Source of the DNA: Candidatus Omnitrophota bacterium | Lineage (GTDB): Bacteria; Omnitrophota; Gorgyraeia; Duberdicusellales; 4484-171 | Assembly: GCA_043815185.1 (NCBI GenBank) | Contig: JBDRJF010000001.1 | Span: 89,690-153,689 of the forward strand | Length of the DNA stretch: 64,000 nt | Direction of reading: 5' to 3' | In this document: in pieces, positions 1-9,796 of the stretch | Numbering within the stretch: position 1 is the first letter of the stretch | Layout of the letters: each line of letters opens with the position of its first letter | The notes under the pieces: generated by a model | What the model was told of the DNA's origin: nothing | What the model saw: the letters and a program-made list of their open reading frames with translations, nothing else | The model's database searches: none | Translations under genes and position numbers: made by a program

Positions 1-259
1 TATTCTTGTTCAATCTTGCCTGATCAGAGGTAATTAAAATAGTATCTTCTTTTAGGTAATAATTTGCCTCCATCTCGCTGATGTCGATATGTTCATCATA
101 TATTACAGCTTCCTTGCCCTCTACTTCCCAATCTCGGCTGCCGTCGTCGTTAAAGTTAGAGAGATAAAAATCCTTGATTTTTTGCTGCTCATAGGCCTGA
201 ATACTTCCCGGCCCCAGCAAAAAAATAATAATACTTAAAATCAGCCCTTTTAAAAGCAT
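1..259 (-). CDS. LptC-like LPS export protein, N-terminal part (ORF runs off the window edge)
   Basis: Own translation from ATG at 259-257: MLLKGLILSIIIFLLGPGSIQAYEQQKIKDFYLSNFNDDGSRDWEVEGKEAVIYDEH..., open to position 1. It has one N-terminal hydrophobic anchor. It sits directly downstream of kdsD-kdsC, as lptC does in E. coli. It is not in the supplied ORF track. Confidence 0.4.
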   Translation of the reverse strand, partial: MLLKGLILSIIIFLLGPGSIQAYEQQKIKDFYLSNFNDDGSRDWEVEGKEAVIYDEHIDISEMEANYYLKEDTILITSDQARLNKN

Positions 260-287
260 ACTAAATATACCAAAATAAGCTTTAAAA

Positions 288-866
288 TTAACCTTCGGCA
301 GCATTCCAACCAGGGCTTTTAATAAGTCTGCGGATTCTTTTCTCTAAATTCTTAGCTTTAAAGATTAAGTCCGCTACTTCTCTAACTGCTCCCTCTCCGC
401 CTCGGGTTTTGGTGATATAATTTGCTGCTTTTTTAACCTCTGCCGGTGCATCCGAAACTGCTACAGCTACCCCCACCTTCTCCATCACGCCAATGTCTAT
501 CCAGTCATCACCGACAAAACAAATCTCAGCCTCTTTAACCTTATACTTCTTCTTGATTTTCCCCAAAACAGACTCTTTAGGCAGAATTCCGCCAATTATT
601 TCAGCTACCCTCATATCCTGGGCTCTCTTCCTAAGCACCGGGGAATTCTTGGCTGAAAGCAAGACAGTCTTAATCCCCATCTTGCCCAGAAGCAATACAC
701 CTAATCCATCTTTGACATTAAAAATTTTAAGTTCCCGGCCCTGATTATCATAAATAATCTCACCGCGGGTTAATACTCCATCCACATCCAAAATAAGCAG
801 CTTTACCAGCTTAAACAACTGATCTTTTCTCTCTCTTGTCACTCCCGCCACAGGTTCTTTCCCCAA
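288..866 (-). CDS. kdsC: 3-deoxy-D-manno-octulosonate-8-phosphate phosphatase (HAD family)
   Basis: HAD motif I LILDVDGVLT, followed by FNVKDG, GDDWID and GGEGAVRE, which are typical of KdsC. Lies in a kds operon. Confidence 0.85.
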   Translation of the reverse strand: MGKEPVAGVTRERKDQLFKLVKLLILDVDGVLTRGEIIYDNQGRELKIFNVKDGLGVLLLGKMGIKTVLLSAKNSPVLRKRAQDMRVAEIIGGILPKESVLGKIKKKYKVKEAEICFVGDDWIDIGVMEKVGVAVAVSDAPAEVKKAANYITKTRGGEGAVREVADLIFKAKNLEKRIRRLIKSPGWNAAEG

Positions 867-1847
867 TTAAATTATTCCGGCAGCAATCAAATCCTGAATA
901 TCAAGCATTCCTACCGGCCGATAATTTTTATCTACTACCGGAACTTCATCAATCTTTTTCCGCTCCAGAGTCTTTAGCACTTCAGAAGCTAAATCGTCGT
1001 TACGGACTACTACCGGATTTTTAGTCATAACTGTCTTAACCTTTCTTTTCAAGAGGTGCGGGTATTTCTCCAGGTTCCGCCGCAAGTCGCCATCAGTAAA
1101 TATCCCGATTAGTTTCCTATTCTGGTTGACAACAGTTGCTGCTCCGGCATGGGCAGTAGTTATCTTTAGAATAACCTCTTTAACCAAAGTATTTTCACCA
1201 ACAACAGGATTAAACTTACCCTTACGCATAATGTCTTTGACCTTAAGGAGCAATTTTCTTCCTAAAGAACCCCGGGGATGTAAGAAAGCGAAGTCTTTCT
1301 CTTTAAAACCCTTTAACTTCTGCAAAACTACTGATATTGCATCACAGATTGCCAGCATAGCGGTAGTAGAAGTAGTGGGAGCCAGGCCTACAGCACAAGC
1401 TTCCTTATCTACCTTAACATTAACTAGGCAATCAGCGTAACGGGCCAAACTTGAGGTAATATTACCGGTAACAGCAATTATCTTTGCTCCTAGCTTTTTT
1501 ATGAACGGGATTAAATTTTTTATCTCATCGGTCTCCCCGCTATAGGAAAGAACCACTACCAGATCATCTTCGCGCACACTGCCTAAATCACCGTGAACTG
1601 CTTCGGCGGCATGAAGCCAAAAGGATGAAGAACCAGTAGAAGAAAGAGTAGCTGAAAATTTCTGGCCGATAATTCCGGCCTTACCCATACCGGTAACCAC
1701 AACCCGGCCGCGGCAGTTAGAAATCGTTTCAATTACCTTTAAAAAACTCTCATCCAAATTGCGGGCTAGGTTGTCAATTCCCTTCTTTTCAGTCTCAAGC
1801 ACCTCTTTAGCCCATTTTATGACCTCTCTTTTATCAATTGCCCTCAT
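867..1847 (-). CDS. kdsD: arabinose-5-phosphate isomerase (SIS domain plus tandem CBS)
   Basis: SIS motif VVVTGMGKAGIIG, a C-terminal CBS pair, and kds context. Confidence 0.9.
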   Translation of the reverse strand: MRAIDKREVIKWAKEVLETEKKGIDNLARNLDESFLKVIETISNCRGRVVVTGMGKAGIIGQKFSATLSSTGSSSFWLHAAEAVHGDLGSVREDDLVVVLSYSGETDEIKNLIPFIKKLGAKIIAVTGNITSSLARYADCLVNVKVDKEACAVGLAPTTSTTAMLAICDAISVVLQKLKGFKEKDFAFLHPRGSLGRKLLLKVKDIMRKGKFNPVVGENTLVKEVILKITTAHAGAATVVNQNRKLIGIFTDGDLRRNLEKYPHLLKRKVKTVMTKNPVVVRNDDLASEVLKTLERKKIDEVPVVDKNYRPVGMLDIQDLIAAGII

Positions 1848-2631
1848 TTATTACCTCTCTTATTTTGAGAATCTTCGTAATCAAACCTCTAAGTTTAGCT
1901 AAAGGAAAAGAAGTGTGAGGGTCGGATAAAGCCATTGAGGGTTTAGGATGCACTTCCATGAACAAACCATCAACGCCGCAAGCTACTGCAGCCCGAGCCA
2001 GAGGTTCGGCAAATTCTCGATCGCCTCCAGAAACTCCCCCTTTTGCTGAAGGACGTTGTAAGGAGTGAGTAACATCATAAATTACCGGATAACCAAATTT
2101 CTTCATAATTAAAAAAGAACGAAAATCAACCACCAAACTATTATAGCCAAAACAACTTCCCCGTTCAGTGATAAAAATGTTTTTATTGCCGGTTGAGGCT
2201 ATTTTTTCAATTATATACTTAACATCAGCAGGTGAGATAAACTGCCCTTTCTTTATATTTATCGTCTTTTTAGTCTTTGCCGCCTCTAAGATTAAATCGG
2301 TCTGACGGCAGAGAAAAGCCGGTATCTGAATTATATCTAAAACATCTTTAACCGCCTTTACCTGTTCAATACAATGTACGTCGCTTAGAATCGGGACATT
2401 TAGCTTCCTCTTAACCGCCTCTAATATTTTCATCCCCTTAGCTAAACCGGCCCCTCGGGGCGACCTTATCGAAGTACGATTTGCTTTATCAAAACTGGCC
2501 TTAAAGATAAATCGCACCGGAAGAATCGAAAATAAATCCTTTAGATAAGAAGCAATGTCTAGAGTTTCGCTTTTATTTTCAATTGCACAAGGTCCGCCAA
2601 TAAAAATTAATCCTTTTTTTTCCGTCGCCAT
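1834..2631 (-). CDS. kdsA: 2-dehydro-3-deoxyphosphooctonate aldolase (KDO8P synthase)
   Basis: Motifs GPCAIE, FKASFDKANRTS, QIPAFLCRQTDL and VTHSLQ. Confidence 0.9.
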   Translation of the reverse strand: MATEKKGLIFIGGPCAIENKSETLDIASYLKDLFSILPVRFIFKASFDKANRTSIRSPRGAGLAKGMKILEAVKRKLNVPILSDVHCIEQVKAVKDVLDIIQIPAFLCRQTDLILEAAKTKKTINIKKGQFISPADVKYIIEKIASTGNKNIFITERGSCFGYNSLVVDFRSFLIMKKFGYPVIYDVTHSLQRPSAKGGVSGGDREFAEPLARAAVACGVDGLFMEVHPKPSMALSDPHTSFPLAKLRGLITKILKIREVINEGN

Positions 2632-2632
2632 A

Positions 2633-3409
2633 CTATTCCCTTCCAGCTAAGATCCGCTCTACTTCTTGAAGGTCCTCTTCAGTATCCACACCGCAAGAAT
2701 CAAATTTAGTTTCAATAACTTTTATCTTATATCCAGCTTCTATTGCCCTTAACTGCTCCAATTTTTCTGCCTTTTCTAAAACAGAAACAGGCAGATTTTT
2801 AAAGGTGTAAAGAAAATCCTTGGTATAAACGTATATCCCTAAATGCTTATAATAAACTTCACCGGAGGCTGTTTCGCTCTCAAGCGAATAGGGAGAACTT
2901 TCAGTTCGGCGGTAAAAGGGGACCGGGTGGCGGGAGAAATAAACCGCAAAATCTTCTCTGGTAGTTATAACCTTAACTACGTTAGGGTTGTTTACTTCCT
3001 CCCTTTTGTCTATCCGCTTTTTTACCGTCGCCATAACTAAATCGGGGTCAGCCAACATCTCCTGAACCAGTCGGTCGATTATTGAATGATTAATCAACGG
3101 CTCATCGGCTTGAATATTTACAACAATCTTAGCTTCGATATCCCTTACGGCTTCAGCTATTCTATCGGTTCCCGAAGAATGTTTAGGCGAAGTTAAAATG
3201 GCCTCAGCCCCAAACTTTTCGGCTTCTTTTTTTAGCTGAGGATGATCACAGGCAATAATCAACTTATCCAAATTATGAGCCAAAGCTGCGTTTTCCCAGG
3301 TCCACTGCAATAGGCTCTTGCCGCGAATAGAACGTAAAAGCTTATAGGGAAGGCGTGTCGATTCATGCCTGGCCGGAATCACTCCGATTATATTAAGATT
3401 ATTCTCCAT
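2633..3409 (-). CDS. kdsB: 3-deoxy-manno-octulosonate cytidylyltransferase (CMP-KDO synthetase)
   Basis: N-terminal IIGVIPARHESTRLPYK, then NIQADEPL and LEQLR motifs. Confidence 0.9.
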   Translation of the reverse strand: MENNLNIIGVIPARHESTRLPYKLLRSIRGKSLLQWTWENAALAHNLDKLIIACDHPQLKKEAEKFGAEAILTSPKHSSGTDRIAEAVRDIEAKIVVNIQADEPLINHSIIDRLVQEMLADPDLVMATVKKRIDKREEVNNPNVVKVITTREDFAVYFSRHPVPFYRRTESSPYSLESETASGEVYYKHLGIYVYTKDFLYTFKNLPVSVLEKAEKLEQLRAIEAGYKIKVIETKFDSCGVDTEEDLQEVERILAGRE

Positions 3410-4373
3410 TGATTGCTTTATTAAGCTCTTTTTTATTTACGGTGGCTGCTCCCAATTTACCGACTACAATCCCGGCAGCCAAATTAGCAATTATTGCTGC
3501 CTCATTATAAGTGGCCCCGGAAGCTAAACCTAAAGTAAAAACAGCAATTACCGTATCGCCGGCTCCGCTTACGTCAAAAACCTCTAAAGCTGCTGTGGGT
3601 ATATGATAGTGTTCCTTACCGGAAAATAGCAGCATTCCGTCCTCGCCTAAAGTTATCAGCAGCGCTTTAGGGTTTAATTTCTTCATAATTATTTTGCCCA
3701 AGAAAGGTAACTGATTTTTATTTCTTATCTTGATATTTGCTGCCACCTGAGCTTCTTGCAGGTTAGGGGTAAGAGCAGTTACGTCTTCATAATAACTAAA
3801 GTGTTCTTCTTTGGGGTCAACGGTAATTATTTTCTTTTTCTTGCGGCACAAACCTACTAACTTTTCTAACAGTAGAGGATTTATTACCCCTTTACCGTAA
3901 TCTTCGACAATTACCGCATCAAAATTATCTAGGCTCTTCTTGATTTTACTAAGAATCAAGCGGTTTATACTAGCCGCAAGAAATTCCAATGATTCCCAAT
4001 CAACCCTTAACATTTGCTGACGATGGGCAATTATTCTTGTTTTTAAAGTCGTTGGCCGCTGGTCATCTTTAACAATTAAATCAGTGCAAATGCCGCTATC
4101 ATTGATAAGCGAAAACAAACTTTCACCAAAATGATCTTTGCCAATGACTCCGCAAAGGCTTACCTTAGCACCTAAAGCACTAAGGTTTAATCCTACATTG
4201 GCTGCCCCGCCGGGGACAAACTTCTCCTTGTTGGCCCAAACTACCGGAACCGGAGCTTCCGGCGAAACCCGCTCTACCGCTCCAAAAATATGGTGGTCAA
4301 GGATTAAATCCCCGATCACCAGGATATTCTTGCCTCTAAAACGGGAAACAATATTCTTGAGCTTCTCTTTCAT
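3399..4373 (-). CDS. rfaE: D-glycero-beta-D-manno-heptose-7-phosphate kinase (RfaE domain I type, PfkB family)
   Basis: ILVIGDLILDHHIFGAVERVSPEAPVPVV and the C-terminal DVSGAGDT PfkB motif. Only the kinase domain is present. Confidence 0.75.
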   Translation of the reverse strand: MKEKLKNIVSRFRGKNILVIGDLILDHHIFGAVERVSPEAPVPVVWANKEKFVPGGAANVGLNLSALGAKVSLCGVIGKDHFGESLFSLINDSGICTDLIVKDDQRPTTLKTRIIAHRQQMLRVDWESLEFLAASINRLILSKIKKSLDNFDAVIVEDYGKGVINPLLLEKLVGLCRKKKKIITVDPKEEHFSYYEDVTALTPNLQEAQVAANIKIRNKNQLPFLGKIIMKKLNPKALLITLGEDGMLLFSGKEHYHIPTAALEVFDVSGAGDTVIAVFTLGLASGATYNEAAIIANLAAGIVVGKLGAATVNKKELNKAINGE

Positions 4374-4424
4374 CGATTTCAGCGTCTAAATCTACCTCTT
4401 GAGACTACCCAACATAACCAACCA

Positions 4425-4433
4425 ATTATACCA
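4425..4433 (-). promoter_or_regulatory. extended -10 promoter element (TGGTATAAT on the minus strand) upstream of rfaE-kds operon
   Basis: The minus strand reads ...attacaaTGGTATAATtgg about 50 nt upstream of the rfaE start. No good -35 was seen. Confidence 0.35.
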
Positions 4434-4469
4434 TTGTAATAAAAAAAATCTACAATAAAACTTGATAAT

Positions 4470-5594
4470 TTACAGGAAGGAGCTGGAGACAGTATCAGCG
4501 AAACAAAAGCCCTTTTTAGTCAAACAAACTCCGGTTATTTGCTTATTTTTCCGGCGGTATTTAAGCAGTCCCTTAGCTAAAAGCTGGGCCAAAGCCTTAT
4601 TTTCTAAACTGGGAAAGTCATAGCCGGTACGCTGCTTAAACCACTCAAAATCTATACCCTCTTTAGTTCTCACCTTGATCGCAGCTAGTTCCTGAGCCTG
4701 CCGCCGTTTCGACAAAGATTCACTAAAGACAACCGGATTTTGGCCCCTATTTAGACGTTCTATATATTCAATAACACCAGAAATATTCCTCTCTCGCTTA
4801 CCCCCAATAAAAGATACTGCTGCCGGCCCTAAGCCTAAATAGGAGTTCCCTTGCCAATAATTCATATTATGTTGGGATTCAAACCCTGGCTGGGCAAAGT
4901 TAGAGATTTCATAGTGTTCAAATCCCTGCTGGGTAAGATAATTAACAGCACCGGTATACATTTTAGCCAGAATGCCGTCATCGAGAGGCGTGATAAACTT
5001 CCGCTTAATCTGCAAAAATAAGGGAGTATTTTTCTCATAAGTCAGGCAATAGGTTGAAATGTGATTGATGCCGGATGAAACTGCCTGCTTTAATTCAGCC
5101 AGCCAATCAGCTAAGGCCTCTCCGTCTGCGCCGAAAATTAAATCAACCCCCAGGTCCTTAAACCCGGCTCTTTTCGCCAGTTTAATTGCCCGCATTGCTG
5201 CTTCCGAATTATGAGCTCGGCCTAACTTTTTTAACTTGGGATCAAAGAACGACTGAACACCTATACTGATCCGGTTAACTCCCGCTTCAATAAATAACTT
5301 AAGCTTATCCTGGTCAATGCTTTCAGGATTAACTTCAATGGTAAACTCACGCAAATTCCTTGATATTAACCGCAAACTTCCTAATAATTTTTTCAAACTG
5401 GTTATACTTAAGCTGCTCGGGGTTCCTCCTCCGATATAAAGAGTCGAAAAATCGCTGCCTAAACCGGCTATTTGCCGGCACAAAACTTTTAGGTAAGCAG
5501 CAGCTAAACGCGAATCATAGACCAGGCTATAAAAATCACAATAAGGGCATTTTTTACTACAAAAAGGTATATGAATATATAATGATTTCGGCAT
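4470..5594 (-). CDS. hemW: radical SAM heme chaperone / oxygen-independent coproporphyrinogen oxidase-like protein
   Basis: YIHIPFCSKKCPYCDF radical SAM motif, GGGTPS, and a C-terminal HemN_C-like region. Confidence 0.8.
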   Translation of the reverse strand: MPKSLYIHIPFCSKKCPYCDFYSLVYDSRLAAAYLKVLCRQIAGLGSDFSTLYIGGGTPSSLSITSLKKLLGSLRLISRNLREFTIEVNPESIDQDKLKLFIEAGVNRISIGVQSFFDPKLKKLGRAHNSEAAMRAIKLAKRAGFKDLGVDLIFGADGEALADWLAELKQAVSSGINHISTYCLTYEKNTPLFLQIKRKFITPLDDGILAKMYTGAVNYLTQQGFEHYEISNFAQPGFESQHNMNYWQGNSYLGLGPAAVSFIGGKRERNISGVIEYIERLNRGQNPVVFSESLSKRRQAQELAAIKVRTKEGIDFEWFKQRTGYDFPSLENKALAQLLAKGLLKYRRKNKQITGVCLTKKGFCFADTVSSSFL

Positions 5595-5615
5595 TTGTGC
5601 TATAATTATACCTCA

Positions 5616-7028
5616 ATGGAAGAACTTTGCAAAAACTTAAATCACGACCCCCTGCCTAACCGCTTGAAAAAGTTAATCGGAGATACCTTTTCTCTTGGCT
5701 TGAGTCAAAATCAATTGCGCGATTTAACCCGGCTTATCTTCGAGATTGTCCGAAGAAAAAAAATTAGCCCCCAGGAAATTATTGCTGATCTGAAGAAAAA
5801 TGTTCCCAGCCCGAAGTATCCCGGAAAGAATAAATTCCGGGCTTTAAAAAATATCCTGATCAACTATCGTTTTCCTGAAACAGCCAAATACGGCCGAATC
5901 GATAGTAAAAAAATATTCCTAAGCCAACTGAGAAAACCTTTAGCCAACAATTGGCAAGTGGCGGAACAGTTTAAGCCTTTGAAGATCATTGTGGAGCGGG
6001 CAGCCAAACAAAGCCGTCTCTTGGCTAACTTCCAGCGAAAGTTTCCTGATGCTGAGGTTGAAGAAATTGATTATTATAGCCGCTATTTAACCGGGAATAA
6101 ATTTAGGGTTTCTCAGTTAAAAAAACCTCTGGTATTTATCATCAAAGAAAGGGGTGACTTTATAAAAAGATGCCCCTGTACTAAAGGCCACCTAAACTGC
6201 GGCTACTGGATATTCAATCTCGGTTTTGGCTGCCCTTTTGACTGCTCCTATTGTTTTCTCCAGCAATATAGTAACTTTCCGGGAATAATTTTGCCGGCGA
6301 ATATTGAGGACTTTTTGGTTAGTTTTGATAAATTTTACCGGAATCTAAAAAAACCGACCAGAATTGGAACCGGTGAATTCTCTGACTCGCTGGCTCTTGA
6401 TGACATAACTGAATACTCACAACTTCTAATTCCCTACTTTGCCCAAAAAAACCTTCTCTTTGAGCTTAAGACAAAAAGCAACAAAATCACTAACCTGCTT
6501 AAGTTAAAAATCTCTTCGCCAAGGATTATCATCTCTTGGTCTTTAAGCCCGCAGGCGATTATTGCCGGTGAGGAAAAAGGAACTGCCAGCTTAGATCTGA
6601 GACTGGAAGCCGCCAAAAAGATTCAACAGGCCGGATTCCGGGTCGGCTTTCACTTTGACCCGATTATCCATTTAGAAGGATGGGAGAAACTATATGAGGA
6701 ACTGATCAATAAGTTATACGCCTATCTTTTGGGCCCTTTCGCCTGGATAAGTTTAGGTACTTTGCGCTGCCGGCGCCAGCTAAAAACAATTGCCGAGTTG
6801 CGCTTCCCCCAAAGCAATATCTTTTACGGAGAGTTATTCCTGGGGAAAGATAAAAAACTGCGTTACCCTGGATTTATCCGGGATGAAATCTACCGGAAAA
6901 TAATTAAAGGGATAAGAAACTTTGATCAGAAGACCCCGATTTATCTCTGCATGGAAGACAAACCAACCTGGGCTAACCAGAAGGGATTGGTCCCAACTTC
7001 TGATGTCGCAGGCTCCCTTATTGCCTAG
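5616..7028 (+). CDS. SPL (spore photoproduct lyase)-family radical SAM protein with about 120-aa N-terminal extension
   Basis: GCPFDCSYCFLQ (CxxxCxxC) lies in a context collinear with B. subtilis SplB as I recall it (ATGCMGHCHYCYLQ). The track ORF starts at TTG 5595; the ATG at 5616 is preferred. Confidence 0.7.
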   Translation: MEELCKNLNHDPLPNRLKKLIGDTFSLGLSQNQLRDLTRLIFEIVRRKKISPQEIIADLKKNVPSPKYPGKNKFRALKNILINYRFPETAKYGRIDSKKIFLSQLRKPLANNWQVAEQFKPLKIIVERAAKQSRLLANFQRKFPDAEVEEIDYYSRYLTGNKFRVSQLKKPLVFIIKERGDFIKRCPCTKGHLNCGYWIFNLGFGCPFDCSYCFLQQYSNFPGIILPANIEDFLVSFDKFYRNLKKPTRIGTGEFSDSLALDDITEYSQLLIPYFAQKNLLFELKTKSNKITNLLKLKISSPRIIISWSLSPQAIIAGEEKGTASLDLRLEAAKKIQQAGFRVGFHFDPIIHLEGWEKLYEELINKLYAYLLGPFAWISLGTLRCRRQLKTIAELRFPQSNIFYGELFLGKDKKLRYPGFIRDEIYRKIIKGIRNFDQKTPIYLCMEDKPTWANQKGLVPTSDVAGSLIA

Positions 7029-7039
7029 AGAACTAAACT

Positions 7040-8950
7040 TTAGTAGAGTTTTTCGATCTTGGTCTGGGGAAAGTAGTGGTTAATTATCTGATGATAATTA
7101 TAACCATTGTCGGCCATGCCCACTGCCCCATCCTGACACATACCGGCTCCGTGGCCAAATCCTGCTCCCCATAAAAAAAGCATTGAAGACTGGCCATCAG
7201 GAGATAATTTCCTTTCCAGCTTAAAAGCACTGCTCCTTAAGCGGTCAAAGTAATTTCTTATGGTTAAACTCCCCTTTAAATCTTTACTGCCACTGGAGGT
7301 AATGATTTCGATCTCGTTATAACGAAAACAATCTCCTCTCTTCTTGGGAAGAACAGCTTTTAAAGCATTGATTTCATACCCAAAGGCAATCAAAAAATCT
7401 TCTTGATCATAGACCCTTTGCCAGCGAAATTTACTGCGGCTATTTTTAAAACAAAAACTTATCTCCGGGCTATCAAACCAACGCTCCTGGCTATAGGCTG
7501 AATCGGGAATCTCTAAATTAAGTGTATCGCGCTTATTGACCAAATAGTCGCTCCGGCCAAAGACATCGGCCGCTAAACATCCGCCGCAATTAGCATGGAA
7601 AAGCGCTTCTATGGGATTATCTTGATAAACAATAATTTCACCTCTAGTATCTTTAATTGCCGCCTCAGTAGCTAAAACTTCGGCTGATATTCCCTGATAA
7701 ACCTGGCAATGCACCTGGGGGCAAAAATCAAAACCTTCATTTTTATGCCGCCCGAGGTTCCGATAGGCAAAAGTCCGCGCTGCCACAGCCTGGGCCCTGA
7801 GTGCTTGGGGATGGGCCTTAGCCGAAATTTCAGCTGATAAAACTCCGTAGAGGTATTCTTCGATTGTTAAGCTATTAATTAAGTTCAAAGCCCCATTGTT
7901 TATAACTACCTCTAGATCGCCGCGGTAGGCCCGATCAGCTTCAGTATACCAAAAGTCACCCTTACCAAAAATAAGATCTAAGACGTAAAATGATGATTTT
8001 CCTTCTTGCGAATCTTGAGCCACGATTTTGAGCGGGCCGCTAAAAGATGCGTATTTGCCTCCCTGTTCATAGTCACTTAAGACTATTTCCTCACCGCTGA
8101 CAATAAGGGTATAAAGTTTATTGGCCCTGGCCGGGAAAGAAACATCGGCACTGCTAATTAAGAATTTACTTCCGCAAAAAAAAGAAAACTTATTTAAATC
8201 TCTAGCTAGGCCGACTCTGACTAAAGGAATGTTTTCTTCCTGAAGGTAAACAGCTAGTTTAACTTTTTTCCTCTTGGCTTGCTGCTTTTCCTTTTGAGCC
8301 CTAAAGAAATCCTCACCTAAGCTCTGCTTCAAGGCCTTGAACTTTTTCTGAATTATTCCAACCTCGGGATAAAAATTTATTGCCTTCGAGAACAGCTTAT
8401 AAGCATCCTGATCTGCACCTTGCTCATAAAGGCACTGGCCCAAATAGTAATAAGCTAACCTTATACTGGAATCAAACTTAATCAGGGAGGAAAAATACTG
8501 GGCAGCTTTTTTATACTCGCCATTCCTACGGTAAATCTTTCCTAAACGAAAGTAAGCGATAGTATTGGGTTCTAACTTTAAGGATTTTGTGTAATTAGCT
8601 ATTGCCAGAGCCTCTTTACCTAAGTCTTCATAGATTAAACCGAGATAAAGAAAGTCCGGCCAACCTTTATCCTTCAGATTCTTAAAACTAATCAAGGCTT
8701 GCCTGCTTCTTCCGTTAAGAAATTCCAATTTTCCCCGGTATCGCAGCAGCTGAGGATTCTTGCTAAAAACCCTGGCCTTATTTAAAACATCAATAGCTTT
8801 AGCGTATTCCCCTGATTCTTTAAACAAAGCGGCAATGTCCAAGTAATCCTCAAGCGCTGTTTCTTTGCTCTGATGCGATAAGGATTTTGCCAATGAATTT
8901 GGCGGGAAGAATAATAACCCGGAGATTAAGAGTAAAATCAGGAATCGCAT
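7040..8950 (-). CDS. secreted TPR-repeat / SpoIID-LytB domain protein
   Basis: Signal peptide MRFLILLLISGLLFFPPNSLA, followed by TPR repeats across roughly aa 40-200. The C-terminal half has SpoIID motifs (RTFAYRN, HCQVYQG, HANCGG, GHGAGMCQDGA). Confidence 0.8.
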   Translation of the reverse strand: MRFLILLLISGLLFFPPNSLAKSLSHQSKETALEDYLDIAALFKESGEYAKAIDVLNKARVFSKNPQLLRYRGKLEFLNGRSRQALISFKNLKDKGWPDFLYLGLIYEDLGKEALAIANYTKSLKLEPNTIAYFRLGKIYRRNGEYKKAAQYFSSLIKFDSSIRLAYYYLGQCLYEQGADQDAYKLFSKAINFYPEVGIIQKKFKALKQSLGEDFFRAQKEKQQAKRKKVKLAVYLQEENIPLVRVGLARDLNKFSFFCGSKFLISSADVSFPARANKLYTLIVSGEEIVLSDYEQGGKYASFSGPLKIVAQDSQEGKSSFYVLDLIFGKGDFWYTEADRAYRGDLEVVINNGALNLINSLTIEEYLYGVLSAEISAKAHPQALRAQAVAARTFAYRNLGRHKNEGFDFCPQVHCQVYQGISAEVLATEAAIKDTRGEIIVYQDNPIEALFHANCGGCLAADVFGRSDYLVNKRDTLNLEIPDSAYSQERWFDSPEISFCFKNSRSKFRWQRVYDQEDFLIAFGYEINALKAVLPKKRGDCFRYNEIEIITSSGSKDLKGSLTIRNYFDRLRSSAFKLERKLSPDGQSSMLFLWGAGFGHGAGMCQDGAVGMADNGYNYHQIINHYFPQTKIEKLY

Positions 8951-8971
8951 AACTTTTTAAGAAAACAGTTT

Positions 8972-9796
8972 TTAAACCGGGTGGGCAAGCTTTTGCTTTC
9001 CTACTATAGGGATTCCCCATCTTTTTGCTAAAGACAAAAACTTATCTTTCTCTAAAATGATTACCTTACTATCCTCCAATACTAAGGCTGCTGCCCCGAT
9101 ACGCTTAAGGAGCTTTAATGTGGAAATTCCTACCACCGGAACATCAAAACGTAAATCCTGATTAGCTTTGGCGAATTTCAATATAAGGCATCCCTTACCA
9201 GCTAAGTTATAAACACGCTTGATGGTGTTATCAGTCCCTTCCAGAGATTCTAAAGCAACTACCCCTCTAGCCTTTACGCCTATAGTTTGTCCAACATCTA
9301 ATTCTACGAACTTGGATACTATATCTAAACCAAAATCAATATCTTTTACGGTTTCATTGGTTAACCTTAAACCATTGATCACCCCGGCTCCAGCTAGATC
9401 GTCCTTGAGATAAAGCGTAGAATCCAGGAACTTGACTCCCGTATTCTCTAAATAACTGATCATCTTCTCAAATATAGTGTGGGGGCGGAAATCATCAGTA
9501 TCACTCAACAAGGAAGTTAATTCTTGATCCCAATAACTCTTGCGGAAAATATATAGAGGGTTGATCTGGCCGGCCATGATAACTTGGCTAAGGCTCTCAT
9601 CCTTTAAGGCTCGGCGCAAATCCGCCAATGCCCCCACCGAAAACCAATAACACTTATCAACATACTGATTAATAGCCTTAAGGGTCTGCCCCTTAAAACA
9701 GAAAGCGATAACTTCACAACTCTTATTCTTTTCTTTGATTCTTTGGGCAAGAACTAAAGGCAGGAGGCGATTACCAGCAATAATTCCTAATCTCAT
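8972..9796 (-). CDS. lpxI: UDP-2,3-diacylglucosamine pyrophosphatase LpxI (DUF1009)
   Basis: N-terminus MRLGIIAGNRLLP, DVGQT, and position next to lpxA. Confidence 0.75.
   Translation of the reverse strand: MRLGIIAGNRLLPLVLAQRIKEKNKSCEVIAFCFKGQTLKAINQYVDKCYWFSVGALADLRRALKDESLSQVIMAGQINPLYIFRKSYWDQELTSLLSDTDDFRPHTIFEKMISYLENTGVKFLDSTLYLKDDLAGAGVINGLRLTNETVKDIDFGLDIVSKFVELDVGQTIGVKARGVVALESLEGTDNTIKRVYNLAGKGCLILKFAKANQDLRFDVPVVGISTLKLLKRIGAAALVLEDSKVIILEKDKFLSLAKRWGIPIVGKQKLAHPV

Noticed and set aside
493-744. Plus-strand ORFs in the track that lie antisense within minus-strand genes. Examples: 493..744, 1126..1440, 12307..12624, 19542..19928, 30887..31285, 46367..46753, 47294..47614 and 58410..58793. 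The minus-strand ORFs 35776..36117 and 36340..36531 inside glnA belong to the same group.
   Set aside because: Each is fully embedded in a longer ORF that has clear family motifs on the other strand. They are low-complexity Ser/Leu/Phe-rich translations typical of shadow frames in AT-rich DNA, and none has a Shine-Dalgarno sequence.
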